The notes beneath the pieces are model-generated. The model was not told the origin of the DNA. It worked only from the letters and a program-made list of their open reading frames with translations, and made no database searches. A stretch of DNA of 33,118 bases from Hydrurus foetidus (taxonomy: Eukaryota), in the NCBI GenBank assembly GCA_900617105.1, contig UYFQ01000124.1:62001-95118 (forward strand), given 5' to 3'. How positions within the stretch are numbered: position 1 is the stretch's first letter; each line of letters starts with the position of its first letter. A program made the translations under genes and the position numbers. Of this stretch, positions 11,962 to 24,362 are shown piece by piece.

Positions 11962-12428
11962 AGGTTTCTTAAAGAGAATCGGCACAGTACTAATCGAGTG
12001 GGCTGGTGGGCTAATGGTCGGCCGTTGCTCTGTAGCACTCAGCACCACGCGGCTTGAGAAGCAAAAAGAAAATTTCACTTGCAATTGCTTTAAGCCAGTT
12101 TTATAGTAACCCAGCAGTTAGTGGCGGACAACGCGACCAATTTTTTTCGGTGGTCAATTCCGGTCTTTCGTGTAAAACGGATTCCTAAATCCGGAAATGG
12201 AAATTGGAAATACAGTAGTACCTTACTGTACGCGAACGGTATACCGGTATACCGTATACGGTTTGGGATCCGAGAGAATAAAATTACTGGAAACACCTAT
12301 GATTTTTACTAACCTGATGCACTCACCGCAGAGGACAGGCGCTGAGTATGACAGGCGGCGATGGGGCTGACTCGAAATCGTTTTCGTAACACTTTGTATG
12401 TGGACTTTATTCTTTATTCAATGGTATA

Positions 12429-12535
12429 CCACGGCCTTAGCAGGGCCGCGCCTTAACCACTCGGCCAAAGTGCCTTGAACACATGAAACCGCTGTGTACC
12501 TTGGCAAAATTTGCCTATTTATCTCCAGATCTGTA
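12429..12535 (-). pseudogene. Truncated tRNA-Ser(GCT) copy: 5' ~46 nt (12429-12474) plus ~61 bp of the same upstream flank
   Basis: Matches 11645-11750 with one substitution. Ends after the anticodon arm, so the T arm/B box and 3' acceptor strand are absent. Confidence 0.9.
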
Positions 12536-13101
12536 CCCTAAAGATGGACTAGAACTTTTTTCACTAGAGTTTACATTATCAAAAGTTAGAAGAGGGGCAG
12601 CATTCGTACGGTAGTTCAAAGTATTCATCAGATTAGAGCTGAGCACCGTCAGGAAATCTTGCCACGGTCAGTCTCGCGGCCACGGCTCTCTTGGATACTG
12701 TTTGCCGCAGCTGCTAGCCAACGGTGAAGACTGCAATATCGGATGCGATATTTGGAAACGGTCTATTGGTTATGGAATATCTACTTCTACATAGTATCCA
12801 AAGTTAACAACCGATACTGTTTCTACTTCCGATTAGATATAGGTTACATCTGAGACTGTACGACTTTTTCGATAGAGGAAATACAAAGCCTAGTACTTTC
12901 GTTCCTCTTTGACTGACGCATAACGACCAAGTGGGGTATTATAGCATCTGAATGAAGTGCGCCGATCTGAGTCTCCCCACGAAGTCAAGGTGAAGCGCAT
13001 TGGATGACCATTAGTGTTTGCTTATTGATTTGGACGATAATACAGATCTGAAGATAAATAGGCAAATTTTGCCAAGGTACACAGCGGTTTCATGTGTTCA
13101 A

Positions 13102-13183
13102 GGCACTTTGGCCGAGTGGTTAAGGCGCGGCCCTGCTAAGGCCGTGGGCTATGCCTTCGTGAGTTCGAATCTCACAGGTGTCG
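13102..13183 (+). tRNA. trnS-GCT: tRNA-Ser(GCT)
   Basis: Identical to the minus-strand copy at 11608-11689; complete type II cloverleaf. Confidence 0.97.
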
Positions 13184-13187
13184 ACAC

Positions 13188-13211
13188 TTTTCGATTTTGC
13201 AGGCCTTTTTT
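13188..13211 (+). terminator. RNA polymerase III oligo-T terminator region
   Basis: TTTT..TTTT..TTTTTT immediately 3' of the tRNA, mirrored in the left arm. Confidence 0.7.
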
Positions 13212-14110
13212 CCTGTCAATTTTTGACTCTCAACTCGTCAGAGCTATTAAAATTTTACTTCATTTATTCCTACTGTCATAACTTTTTATCTATAGAAGCT
13301 CTTGAAATGAACGTCGCAGCTGCAGCGCATCATAACCATCTCAACACATTCAGTACTCTAACTCCCTTCATTTCAACAATTATACAACATTTAACGTGAT
13401 ACTGCATTCAATTTTCTAGAGTAGAAATAGTAGACGGTTCTGCGAAAGTATTTCCTTTCACACATTCTAGATCGTCAGTCATGGAGGTAGTCACCAATAT
13501 TTGAAATCCGATACCTCGAAGATCTGGAAGACGGAACGTTTCGTTGATAGCTGCTCCTATCACTGACAACAAATGGTAAAATTGGCCATGAAGGCTTCCT
13601 CGTGAAAAGTTGCACTTTGTCGACCTTCAGTGAAATAAGCCGACAACATCAGACAGAGACATCATTATTTCTATACAAGTCTCGATTGGTTTGAAAATTG
13701 GTCAACCAGACAGCGCAAGAATCATCGCATTAGATGGGTGAACAGATAAGAGCAAATTGATTTATTCGCCTTTTTAACTACATAAGGCCAGCAGGAAGCA
13801 TTAGACTGACTGGTTGGTTTTGCCTTGTTTGATTTGATTGTATACATGGAGCGACTAGAGATACGAGCGCACAGCACAATAAACAGATTCAATTGAGTAT
13901 GATTTCATTCAGATACAGTTTCTATTCAGATTCTTTTCTTTCTTTACTTGTCTTCATTTCCTCGAATTCCTTCCATTTTTCACTGTCGTGACGATCAGTG
14001 ATTATTCATCCGTATGACTTAAAGCAGAAACATTTTTCAACAGAGAAGAACAGCCTCGTCAAGCTCTGACCATCATTGCTGTCTTTCGTAGTTTACTACG
14101 AAGAAAATGC

Positions 14111-17100
14111 TCAGTAGGTGATTGTTTGCATGGATCTAGCGTTGATGCCGTACTTCATATTGCCCTTTTCACTGTCCTTGAGAACGACCTCTGTTTGCAC
14201 AGTGGCTTCGTTCAACAGCACGACAACTACTTTTCCCTCAGGGTCCTCGAAGGCAGCGGAGGTGAGCATGGGCCATCCCGCTGTCAAACACATGTCCGCT
14301 ACTTTGGATATCACTTCGCCTGTGTGGATGACGTATTGAGGTGTAATGTGGTGTGAGTGTGTAGGATGAGGTATCATATTATAATGTGCGTGAAAATAGG
14401 ACTATGTGACGTTATGCACCTGTATGGAGTGGTGTTATGTGTCATAATGTAATGTGCGTGTGTCGAATGATCAGAGGACAAGTAGGGATGGGGTGCTATA
14501 ATACACACATACACACATTCATGCATATGCATATGTACATACACATTTGAACGTACCTTGAGGGGATATGCTGAAGACTTGGTTGTCTGCTGCTAGGAAG
14601 TAGTCGAATCGAGGTGTAACACCCTGTAAACCCTCTCTTCCTTCCGCTCCGTCTCCTTCTCCTCTCAACCCTTCAAGGCGCGTGCTGATTGGTACTGCAG
14701 CTGGGTACTTAGGCTCGCAGGGTGATAGGTTTAGAAGTGCTCCTGGCTCCCCTACACCACCTACAAGTGTGACGCACATGGAAGACTGCTGCTCTATCAA
14801 CTGCCCTGCGGAGGTGTGCGTAAGTACAAGTGACGCACGTGCTGCACCCTCGCAGATAATGATCGTTAAGAACGGTCTATTACTGTCCCCTGGTCCTATG
14901 CACACCTGTGCCATATACCCGTCAGTCGCCTCCGTGTCGATTGCAGTGGTGAAGAGTTCTAAGGAAGAATTGGAGTTTAGGCGCCACATTTGGCGTGTAG
15001 ATTTCTCGCAGTTGTACATCCCTACTTCCATACCGGCTCGGATGTTAGGGTCAATCAACGCATATCCGAAGTCACCTGCAATATGAGAATAAGAGTATTT
15101 TGGGCTTCTAATGAGTGTGAAATTAATTTCTTCTCATCAATATAGTATTAGGGAAGATGGAGAAGCAGAGCAAGCTCTCAGATCAATCAAGAGATGCGAT
15201 TGTCGTTATGAAATAGTATTATCTTAATTCACGCCATAGTTATTATTCACATGATAACCATTCCCTGAGTTCTCGGCATACTTAGTACTCACATAATATC
15301 CGTCTTCTCGACATCTTAGTTCACGACATAATAATCGTTCATACGATGATCCAGGCATGTTTCCCAACTCACCTACTGTCTTCGACTCAACTCGTACAGA
15401 TCCAGGAGGAACGTACTTGGAAATATGACCGAAATAGTAGTACTTGGGCTGTACGTGCACATCTGAGAAATCAGGCAATGTGAATATTGGAGCGTCACAC
15501 ATGTTGCCCAGGTGGTTTGGTCCCCCTTCTGAGTCCACTAGAAGGTTCCAGTCAATCCATCCTAATGGTAGTGTGTTGGGGGTGGGTTGGAGGTAGTGTG
15601 AGATGTTGTTCGCCCATGTAAAATGTGATATAATATTGAGTTGTTTAATTGTATTTGATATGTTGTGTTACGATGTATCGTGATACTGTGATGCTCTGTG
15701 ATGTGGTGCGATGCAGTATGACATGCAGTTTGCGGCAATTTAGTGATAATGTCACTTGCGGTGCAAATAGAGTGTTGTGATATGATATTCTGCTGTCAGG
15801 AGCATCTCCAAAGAGCAACATACAAAACATTCTAGAGAGAGAAAGTGTGTGTGAGAGGGAGAGACAGAGAGGGAGAGAGAGAGAGAGAAAGTGTGTGAGT
15901 GAGAGAGAGACATAGAGTGAGGGAGAGAGAAAGAGGGAGAGACAGAGAGGGGGAGAGAGAGACAGAGAGAAAGAGAGGGGGAGAGAGAGACAGAGAGTGA
16001 GGGAGAGAGAAAGAGAGAGAGGAAGAGGGATAGAGGGAGAATGAAGAGAGATGGAGAGAGAGTGAGGAGAGAGAGTGAGGGAGAGAGAAAGAGGTTGAGA
16101 GAGATTGCCCCTAAACTACCATCTAAGAGAATGTTCTAATAACAACGTATGCAATGACATAATTACCTTGGGCGTAGTTGTTCATGTCGAAGATGACGTC
16201 ATGCGCTAGTCTCTCTGCGCGTAGCCAGTCATCTATTTTAACTCCAGAACAGGAGCAACCCTGAGAGGTGCATGCATGGATCAGAACAATTGGACATCAC
16301 GAGAAGAGTGGAGTGGAGCGAGAGGAGATTAAAGGATAAAGATGACATGGAGGTGAGAGAAGGAGGAAGTCGTGTTGATAGCGGATGTGAGCAACATAGA
16401 GGGAAACAATACATTACATAGTCGTACATTCCTGCAAATACAGCAAATGCTGTGAGAAAGAAGCAGAATTGTGTGCACATCTCAAATGTACGAATTGAAG
16501 GGGAAAATGGTGTTTCCCACCACATCAAATCACAATTTCAATACAGTGATGAGACGTCATATTCTACATATTCTGATATTATACGCACCTCAGTTCCTAA
16601 GAGCATTTTATCGGGCATGAAATGGTGCGTGGCGTTGAGAGCGTCGTACCCGTACGTGCCGTCCATCAGACGGTCCATGGATCCTAAAGGGACACGGGGA
16701 AGTTTGAAAATTGAGTAAGGTAAGATTAATGATTAAAGAGAATGTGAAGGCATTTCGAGATAAAACCGATATCTTAGGGGAATGCGGATAAAGTGTACTG
16801 TTAGATTGATGATTTATAAGAATGTGACTATGATAAGTTGCCTGTCTCTATCTCGATCAGATAGGAGTGGTACCAAGAGAGACAAATAGTCGAGGACTAT
16901 AAAAATAAAAGTAGGGAAGTATTATCAAAGACAGATGCGGTTCAATAGTAGACAATAAGTCATAACAAATGCTAGTGAGGTTTTGGATACTACACTTCGA
17001 CTTCAGAATGATGAAAAGGTGCCATTTTTTCGAAGTAATCAAAAATCTTTTCAAATTTCTTGAAAGTTCTTTATCAGCAATTAAGGAGAAGCGCTTTTGT

Positions 17101-19262
17101 TTTGTTTTGTTTTGCATTGTTTTGTTGCTATGATTCAGTGACTTCCCATCGTATCTGCTTGATTTCATACTCAATACAGTCATCTAAACATCTAACCAAG
17201 AGCACTACTACAATATCGAAGGATATCATGTTCGATAAAATCCACAGAACAAATAGCCTTAAGGCAAATGGTAATGGTGGACAACTTTTTGCCATAATAC
17301 ACGAACAAATTCTCTTCACAACATACTTTCTTCATTTCACACCTCTCATATTCCACTCAACTTTCATCTGACATTTGTCGTAACCATCCCATAGAAATAC
17401 AGCACTAACGCTATAAAAACGCTCATTGGTAATAAAAGAAGACAATTATTGATATCATAAAGATGCTGATTCAGACACTACCAGAAGACAACTCTTAACG
17501 CACCTGTGTACCAGTGAAAAGCCATGCCATCTACATATCCTCCATTAGGCCCAGTATCACCCCCCATGACAGTCTCCGCCCATTTCAACAAATGATCTTT
17601 ATTATGATCGAATGCAAGAATGAGTACATCAGGATGATTCTGCTCCAATGTTGGTCCCAAATATCCGTTGATAAAATCCAGTTCGTACGAGGGGTCGAAC
17701 GTACATGCCTCCCAAGGGGCAGGGAACTCAGGTTCGTTCTGAGGAGTTATCGCCCAAATAGGAACACCTACAGAACATACGTACGTACAAGTGCAACGTG
17801 AGCTTGTGTTAAGTAGTACTGGAGATTCATGATTTTGTATGTTATTACTAAACGCTTTCATGTTCCGATTTCACTTATGTGTTGTCATATCTCTCGACAA
17901 CAATATCATCAACAGTCTAGCATTTGTTATCGAATAATCTTTTTCCTAATTATGTCCAAGTGCAGCGATGTACGGTTGTTCGTTACCTTTGTTCTCATAG
18001 GCTGTTAGGAACTTTGAAAGATATAGGGCGTATGCAGTTTTTATTTTCGGGTCATCTATCAAACCGTATGGCATCGCACTGCCTGTGAAAGAGAACACCA
18101 AGATGCGTGGAAATAAAATATTCTAAAGCGCAGTGGTCAGTTGTGAAGTTGCAAAATAGATGTAGCGGTATAAAGGAGGTTGGAAATTGATCTCAGTTGT
18201 TCATCGATAACGCGGAAGTGAAACGATACGATATCATGGTGCTAAGACCTGTCATATTCTGCGTGCCCTTTACAGGCTCCTTCATCCATGGCGGTGGAGA
18301 CCATGGTGATGCTAGAATGTTTACCCCGTTAGGAATGCCTCTGGTCTTGGATTCACCGGGGATGGGTGTCTTGGCGGCATCGATGGCAAGACGCATGAGA
18401 GGCAGCATCTGAGCGTTGTCATGAGTGACCTCCGTGTCGAAGTAATTCATGGACAAATCACCCGCTATGTCGTTAAAGCTGTACGATTTGAGAGAGAAAT
18501 CGCACGATCCGATATGCACTCTTCCTAATGTGTAACCGATGCCGTTCACGCCATAGTATAGGTCGATCACCTGAGGAATATAAACGCATTTTAAACTCGT
18601 AATATGATGTCATATTGCGAGCACGATTCGCATCATTGCTGAGATTCTATAGTCATGCTGCTCGCAGTCAGCGCTGACGAGTTGATGCTAATTTTATACG
18701 CTATCGATGATGTTGAGCATTTGTGCAGTCGAAAAAACACATCAGGAATGTGGCCATAGTTGCTGCATCTCACCTTACTCTGCACGGCTGGTGGCAGTTT
18801 ATAAAAATTATACGCTGCAGCTTCGGTAAATGCACCCCCAAAGCCAACTATTTTCTGAAATTTCTTGGTAGCGTCGACAAATAAAGTTGACGGATTGGCA
18901 GTCGTTGAGGAGCAAATTTCATTTTCATCCGAGTCTTTAAAACACTTGACGTTGCCGAATTCGAGTGTATCAATTGGGAACCCTCTGGCTGCAAAATCGT
19001 CGGCAGTGAGTTGTGAAATTCGATCACCCTGTCCCATAGACGTCTGGAAGACACGCAATGGACTTCTCAATTTTGAAGTGGTGATTTTCACAGCTAACAC
19101 CATTATTGAAGCCACAATTGTGCAACATCCTACAAATACAGCAATTGCCTTAAAACTTCTCTTGAACTTTTTCGCCATAGAATTATCTAGAGGAGTAACA
19201 TCTTCCGCATCCGGAATCTGATTGTACTGTCCACTTGAAACATTCAGCGGCTGGATGGGCAT
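14111..19262 (-). CDS. GBA: GH30 glucosylceramidase-like glycoside hydrolase, type II membrane anchor, with inserted ricin-B-like lectin segment, about 758 aa
   Basis: Exons 19262-18774, 18570-18249, 18082-17987, 17767-17504, 16683-16589, 16260-16167, 15561-15373, 15075-14557 and 14319-14111 join in frame. Motifs FQKIVGFGGAFTEAAA, RVHIGSCDFS, ASPWSPPPWMK, ITPQNEP (acid/base), AFHWY, LLGTEGC (nucleophile), GWIDWNLL..GGPNH, YYFGHISKYVPPGSVR and AAFEDPEGKVVVVLLN. Confidence 0.93.
15834..16104. repeat. Imperfect (GA)n tract of about 270 bp in a GH30 intron (TC-rich on the sense strand)
   Basis: Read directly. Confidence 0.92.
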
Positions 19263-19715
19263 GGTCAAATCTATTCCGCTGATCAGCTTCGACTAGAATG
19301 GCCTCTACTCGACTCTTGTTTCTTTTGAATAGTCAGCTTTGTTCGATAGTGTTGACAGTATCTCCGATTTTATTGAAAGACTTCAGCATGGCTGCTCTTT
19401 GCTCTTCGTGCAGCGCCATGACAAATCCCGAATCTTCATTTCCTAACTAATAGATCCGGAACTAAAGTCCACGGTCCAACCTCACGGCACATTCTTCATC
19501 GCCGCTGTGTGCCGCGCGCCAACACTGGGTTGTAATTTGAATATTCAGAACGGAACCAGCTCGAGAGCTTTGCTCCGCGCGCTTTTATCTCAAAGCCTTC
19601 GTCGGCGTGGTCATTGTGAAATGGCTAAGTTCTGGCAGTTGTAAATAAGATTGAGAACAAGCTGTAAAACTGTTTTTTAACAATCGGAGGAATATATTTT
19701 TCCGGGAAAGCCGTC
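19263..19715. promoter_or_regulatory. Putative bidirectional promoter between GH30 (-) and PhoD (+)
   Basis: Start codons are head-to-head 453 bp apart; the spacer is CpG-rich (GCCGCGCGCC, CCGCGCGC). Positional inference only. Confidence 0.5.
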
Positions 19716-21409
19716 ATGCATCGATTATCATCCAGCAGTTGCTACGCATGTTCCGCGGCCTTAATCGCTTTGCTCTTGACAACTTTCCAACAATTCAGTC
19801 GATCTGATGAGCTACCTCCGGCTACCGTTGTTGCTTTCGGTTCTTGCAATCGACAAAACAAACCACAAGATCATTGGAATGCCGTGAAAGCAACTTCGCC
19901 TGACCTGTTCCTTTGGACAGGTGATAAACCCAGACTTCACTTTGCAGTTGATCACTAGCGTCTTTTGGATCAATATTCCGGTGGTCCGTAGCTTACAGTA
20001 GATGTTGCCAACTTATCAGACCCCGTCTCATTTTCCAGGTGACTCAGTATACGCGAAGAATAATTCTCTCGGAGGCCTAGAGGCCGCTTTCAGAACTCTC
20101 ATGGATGATCCATCGTATAATAATTTCAGATCAGAAGTGCCCATTGATGGGATATGGGATGACCATGACATGGGCATAAACGATGGCGGAAAGCATGTGA
20201 GCAACAAAAATGAGCGTCAGGAAATGTTCATGAAGTATATCACAACTGATCGCGACACAAAGGTGAACACCTGCAGTGTTACTGAACAAGATGGAAAACA
20301 CTGCAGTTATAACGATATTTATATGAATGAAAGACGAGATGGGTTGTACAAGATCATCGACAAAAGATTCAATTCCGGTTCAATTGTGCGATTCATTCTC
20401 TTGGACACGAGGTCTCACAGGGATAATCATTGCATAAAGTCTCTGGGCGAAATACATCTGCCCCTGACGCCTATAATTGCTGCATTTATCAGACTCAGCT
20501 ACTCTGTTGTCGGGTTGGGGAGAAGCTATAAAGGTGACAGAATCTAGTCAGCTGTAAGGCTTTATGACATATCATCACATGGAATCAAATCACTTTGACG
20601 ACACATTTAACTCCCGTGTTGATCAGTTTTTCTCTATGATTCAACTCGTAGGAAGTATGCTCGGGGAGTCTCAGTGGAAATGGCTTGAATCTGTGCTAAC
20701 TACATCCACAGCAGATTTCCACGTCATCATTTCCTCTGTACAAATATTGACATCAAATCCTGTTGTTGAATCATGGTCACATTTCCCATTAGAAAAAAAG
20801 AGATTTATCGACTTGTTGAAGAAAACAGATCCTCCAGGATTGGTATTTCTCTCAGGCGATGTCCACCACGGGGAATTGTCAAGAGCAGTAGTTAAAAGGG
20901 AATCTGGGGACAGTCTATGGGTCGAAGTAACTTCAAGCGGCATGACTCACACCTGTGGTGACTCATTTTTCAACAGAATACTATGTCCTAATATGCTTGA
21001 TCTCTTCTCACAGCACAGACTTGAGTCAACGAAAGATCCTTACGAGTATTACACTGAACATGAGAAATTGAAAGGCAAAAACACCGAAAACTATTTTATT
21101 GGGAAGAATTTCGGCTTGATTACTGATGTTTCGAATTCTTCCTTGCTGGCTCTCAATGTCTCAGTAATAGGAATTGACACATTGCAATCAGAGTTGAGTT
21201 ATGTAGTCACTTCCGTAAGAAGGAGATGCAAAGGTGACCAAGAATTAACGGATTCTGAGGACCATCTGTGTATTCCGAATCCTATTGTCGATGTATACGC
21301 AGCTGATTTTCCTCTTTTTATCCCGAAAAATCTTGCTGCACATCTGATTAAATTGATTTCTTTCAGTATCACCGCTTACTGGCTGCGAAGACAGCAATTC
21401 GTTGTGTAG
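19716..21409 (+). CDS. phoD: PhoD-like alkaline phosphatase D, about 485 aa
   Basis: Exons 19716-19920, 20039-20533 and 20652-21409 join in frame. Motifs AFGSCN, LFLWTGDSVYA, GIWDDHD, ILLDTRSHRD, MLGESQWKWLE, ESWSHFP, FLSGDVHHGE and EVTSSGMTH. Hydrophobic N- and C-terminal segments. Confidence 0.93.
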
Positions 21410-21611
21410 ACGGAATCTGGTTTTCTAACGAAAGTCCAATTTTACCTCATCTTGTCTTTACTTAGTTATACGGTCACTTACGAACGAAATGTACAAAAAG
21501 ATTCTAAATCACTTCAAATGATCAAATGGTGAGAAATACTACGTATGCACAATAGGTCTTAAGTACCGTAGCAAATACTCAGAATCTCATACCAAATCGC
21601 CACAGATTGCT

Positions 21612-24362
21612 CTACTTTTTCTTCGGAGTGCCTGCTGCCTTCATGGCGCGTTTCACCACACCACCCAATCTTTTACCCTTCTTTCCTGGTGTTGCTTTCT
21701 TCTGTCCATTCGCGACAAGAGTTTTGTTGCGCGTGTTGGCGGACTTGAAAAGTACGAGGAAGTGAATTTGAAAAATACCATGAGAAAGAAAGAGATTAAG
21801 GATCATCAGAATGCAATAGGTGCAACAAATGAATAATGTGATGGAGCAGGAAAGAGATGCAGTGTGATCATTCGAAAAAGATTTTCGACATCATGCATGA
21901 ATTAAATTCCAACAGCGCATCATTTAGATTATACGATATTAGTAACATTTTGCTGTTCATCATCCTCCTATATTCTCGAGCGTTTAGAGGCACGAGAAAC
22001 ATACATATGTAGAGCAATGATACACAGATCAAAAGTAGAAACGGTTTTTCTTGAAGTGTCAAAATTCATTTGCAATGCAAAAGTGAATATTTTATCACTC
22101 CATGATGATGCAGCACCAAACAAATAAGATGCGATAACATTCAGGCGAGATGATAGTACCTTTAGATTAATTCTCTTATTCGCATTCTTTTCATTCAGAG
22201 TCATTTCATCATCTGACTTTCTAGACATAAAGGCTGGTCTGGATTTCTTCGCATCCGGTTCATCTTTATCTTCTCTCTTTCCTTTCACACTCGCACTGCC
22301 AGAATTGTCCTGTGGTCTTTTCACTCCTGCAATCTTCGCTCTGTGGTTGAAGTTAAAGTTCTTGGAAACGTCTTCTCCTTTTGCTATTTGTTTGATTCGT
22401 TTGCTTGTTTTACCGCATACAGTGACCCGTAAATTTCTCTTTTTGAAGATAGACTGTAGTACCAATTATAGAGATGAATGATATGCGCATCAAGGTAGGG
22501 TGAAATATGTGTTATTAAATGGTGGATTTTAAAATTGAAAATATGGATTGATTTTAGTCTGATTGTTCATCTGATGGAACACAAGAAAATAAATGTCGGA
22601 ACAGCTAAACTGAGGACAAGAACATAAAAAGTGATTAAATAAACAATTAGAATCACACTCAGTGAACGACAAACACACAGGCAGAGACACATACACACGT
22701 AAATACATACGTACTTCATGTAGTGCGAGTGCCAATAACACTGAGTCTCTGTCTTTGAACAGGAGATATCCGATGCCCTTGCCGATCAATGTCTCTGGAT
22801 CACGTACGAGCCGTACAGCTTCAATGTCATCATGTCCGTTCGGTAGTGCCTGCATAATAGAGGGGAGAAATGTCGTGATTAGTACGTACTTGGAGCACCT
22901 ATTTTATTGTGTATCCAATGGGCCTACAACATTCTCATTTTTACTGTCATATTCATTTTCATCATGGCGACATGCACTTGTTAAATTAAGAGATGTACTG
23001 AGATCAAATCGATATCATCACAAGAGGCATTTCCATAATTAAATCGAGGCAGTGTTGCAATCATCTTTATTTCGTTTCATATGATATTTCTTACCGCTGC
23101 AAAGTGGTTTCTAACGTCTTCTTCATCCGCATAATGCGGCAGAGATCCGACAAACACAGACCTGTTAATCAATCGAATTCATCAGTACGATGTATTTGAA
23201 GAGTATTTAAAAAGATGTATACCTTCACTCAATGTAAAGGCGCAAAAGCAATCATTATCACTACTTCAGTCAAAGGTGGTGCGGTGCGTACTTTTTAGGA
23301 TCGAATAAAGTGGGATGAGATCTGTCAACCCGCAGATGTCTCGTCCCGAGCAACCGGTTGTTAGCCTCAAGGGCAGCTAACAAGAGAGAGTTTAGAAAGA
23401 TCAAAAATTAAAGCATCATATCTAATGCAGTTGTGAAATCATACATGGTGGGAAATACAAAAATAGCTTGATTCTCCGTCAGACATTCATGGGCAACTTA
23501 ATTCAAACGATACAGGAAATGAATTACCTTCGACAGCTTCTTTAGTTTTAAACACCACGTATGCGTTGAATGATCCCTTGACATCAGCAAAATTTCTCGA
23601 AATAGCGCACACCCTCCGAACCAACTTCTGATTACCAGCATCATCTACAGCAGTTCCTGCCACAGGAATAGATCTCAATCGGACTGACTCCACTTCTCCA
23701 AATTGGACACAGTACTTTTTTAAAGTCTTTGCAGTCTCCGCTTTAGGAACGTTACCCAAGAATACTGTGAAAGCATCTCTGGAACCGTCTGTGACGATGG
23801 GACCCAGACTCTCTGGGTTTGAATCATCTGTTGGATCACTTTCATTTGAGTTATCCACTGCGGTCTCAGTCTTGGCGTCAGATTTTGCATGTTTAACATC
23901 TGTAACATCCTTCGCGTCAGATTTTGCGTGTTTCAGTACTGTTGTACCCTTTTGGTCAGATTTTGCATGTTTCGCAACTGTTGCATCCGCTTTAGTGTCT
24001 TTTTTATCAGTTACATGGACATCTTTTCCCTGATTTGACACAGCAGCTGCATTATTCGCATCACAGATCTTTTTCCATTCACCGGAGGCTTTCAAAGCAT
24101 CAACCTCAATGCGTCTTGCCTCGTCCCACTTCTTCTTTTTACCTTCCCGCTTCTTTGGTCCTTTCTCCTTCTCTTCAGTCTCCTTACTTCCCGTTTCGGA
24201 GATTTCAGGTATTTCCTCTCGTACTCTCTTTTTCACGATGAATTCCTCTGGCTTTAATTCACGCGCAAATTTCTCGAGACTTGCAGCAGAAAAGAGATTC
24301 GAAAGCATGGAAGTTGGTTTAGCAATCTTCACAGATGAAGTGGGTGCACTTCGTTCTGTCAT
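21612..24362 (-). CDS. RBM34: Nucleolar two-RRM protein RBM34/Nop12, about 515 aa
   Basis: Exons 24362-23528, 23376-23292, 23161-23095, 22849-22715, 22453-22160 and 21743-21612 join in frame. RRM1 TVFLGNVP...FGEVESVRLRS...NAYVVF...HLRVD; RRM2 SVFVGSLP...IEAVRLVRDPETLIGKGIGYLLF...RNLRV; Lys-rich termini. Confidence 0.88.
23871..23976 (-). repeat. Coding 39-bp tandem repeat, three copies (KHAKSD core)
   Basis: VAKHAKSDQKGTT-VLKHAKSDAKDVT-DVKHAKSDAKTET in RBM34 exon 1. Confidence 0.85.

Larger units (their letters stand above)
12830..13384. repeat. Right arm of 555-bp inverted repeat containing tRNA-Ser
   Basis: Reverse complement of 11407-11961. Confidence 0.95.

Noticed and set aside
12355..12375. 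GATGGGGCTGACTC resembling the RNase MRP CR-V motif
   Set aside because: No GARAGUNCC-type CR-I partner found upstream to form P4.
1..13183. Functional clustering of PRORP with tRNA genes
   Set aside because: They are 8 kb apart with unrelated genes between; eukaryotic linkage alone is not evidence.
11510..13399. Duplicated 87-aa and ~70-aa ORFs in the inverted repeat arms
   Set aside because: They run through the tRNA gene from non-ATG starts and are by-products of the duplication.
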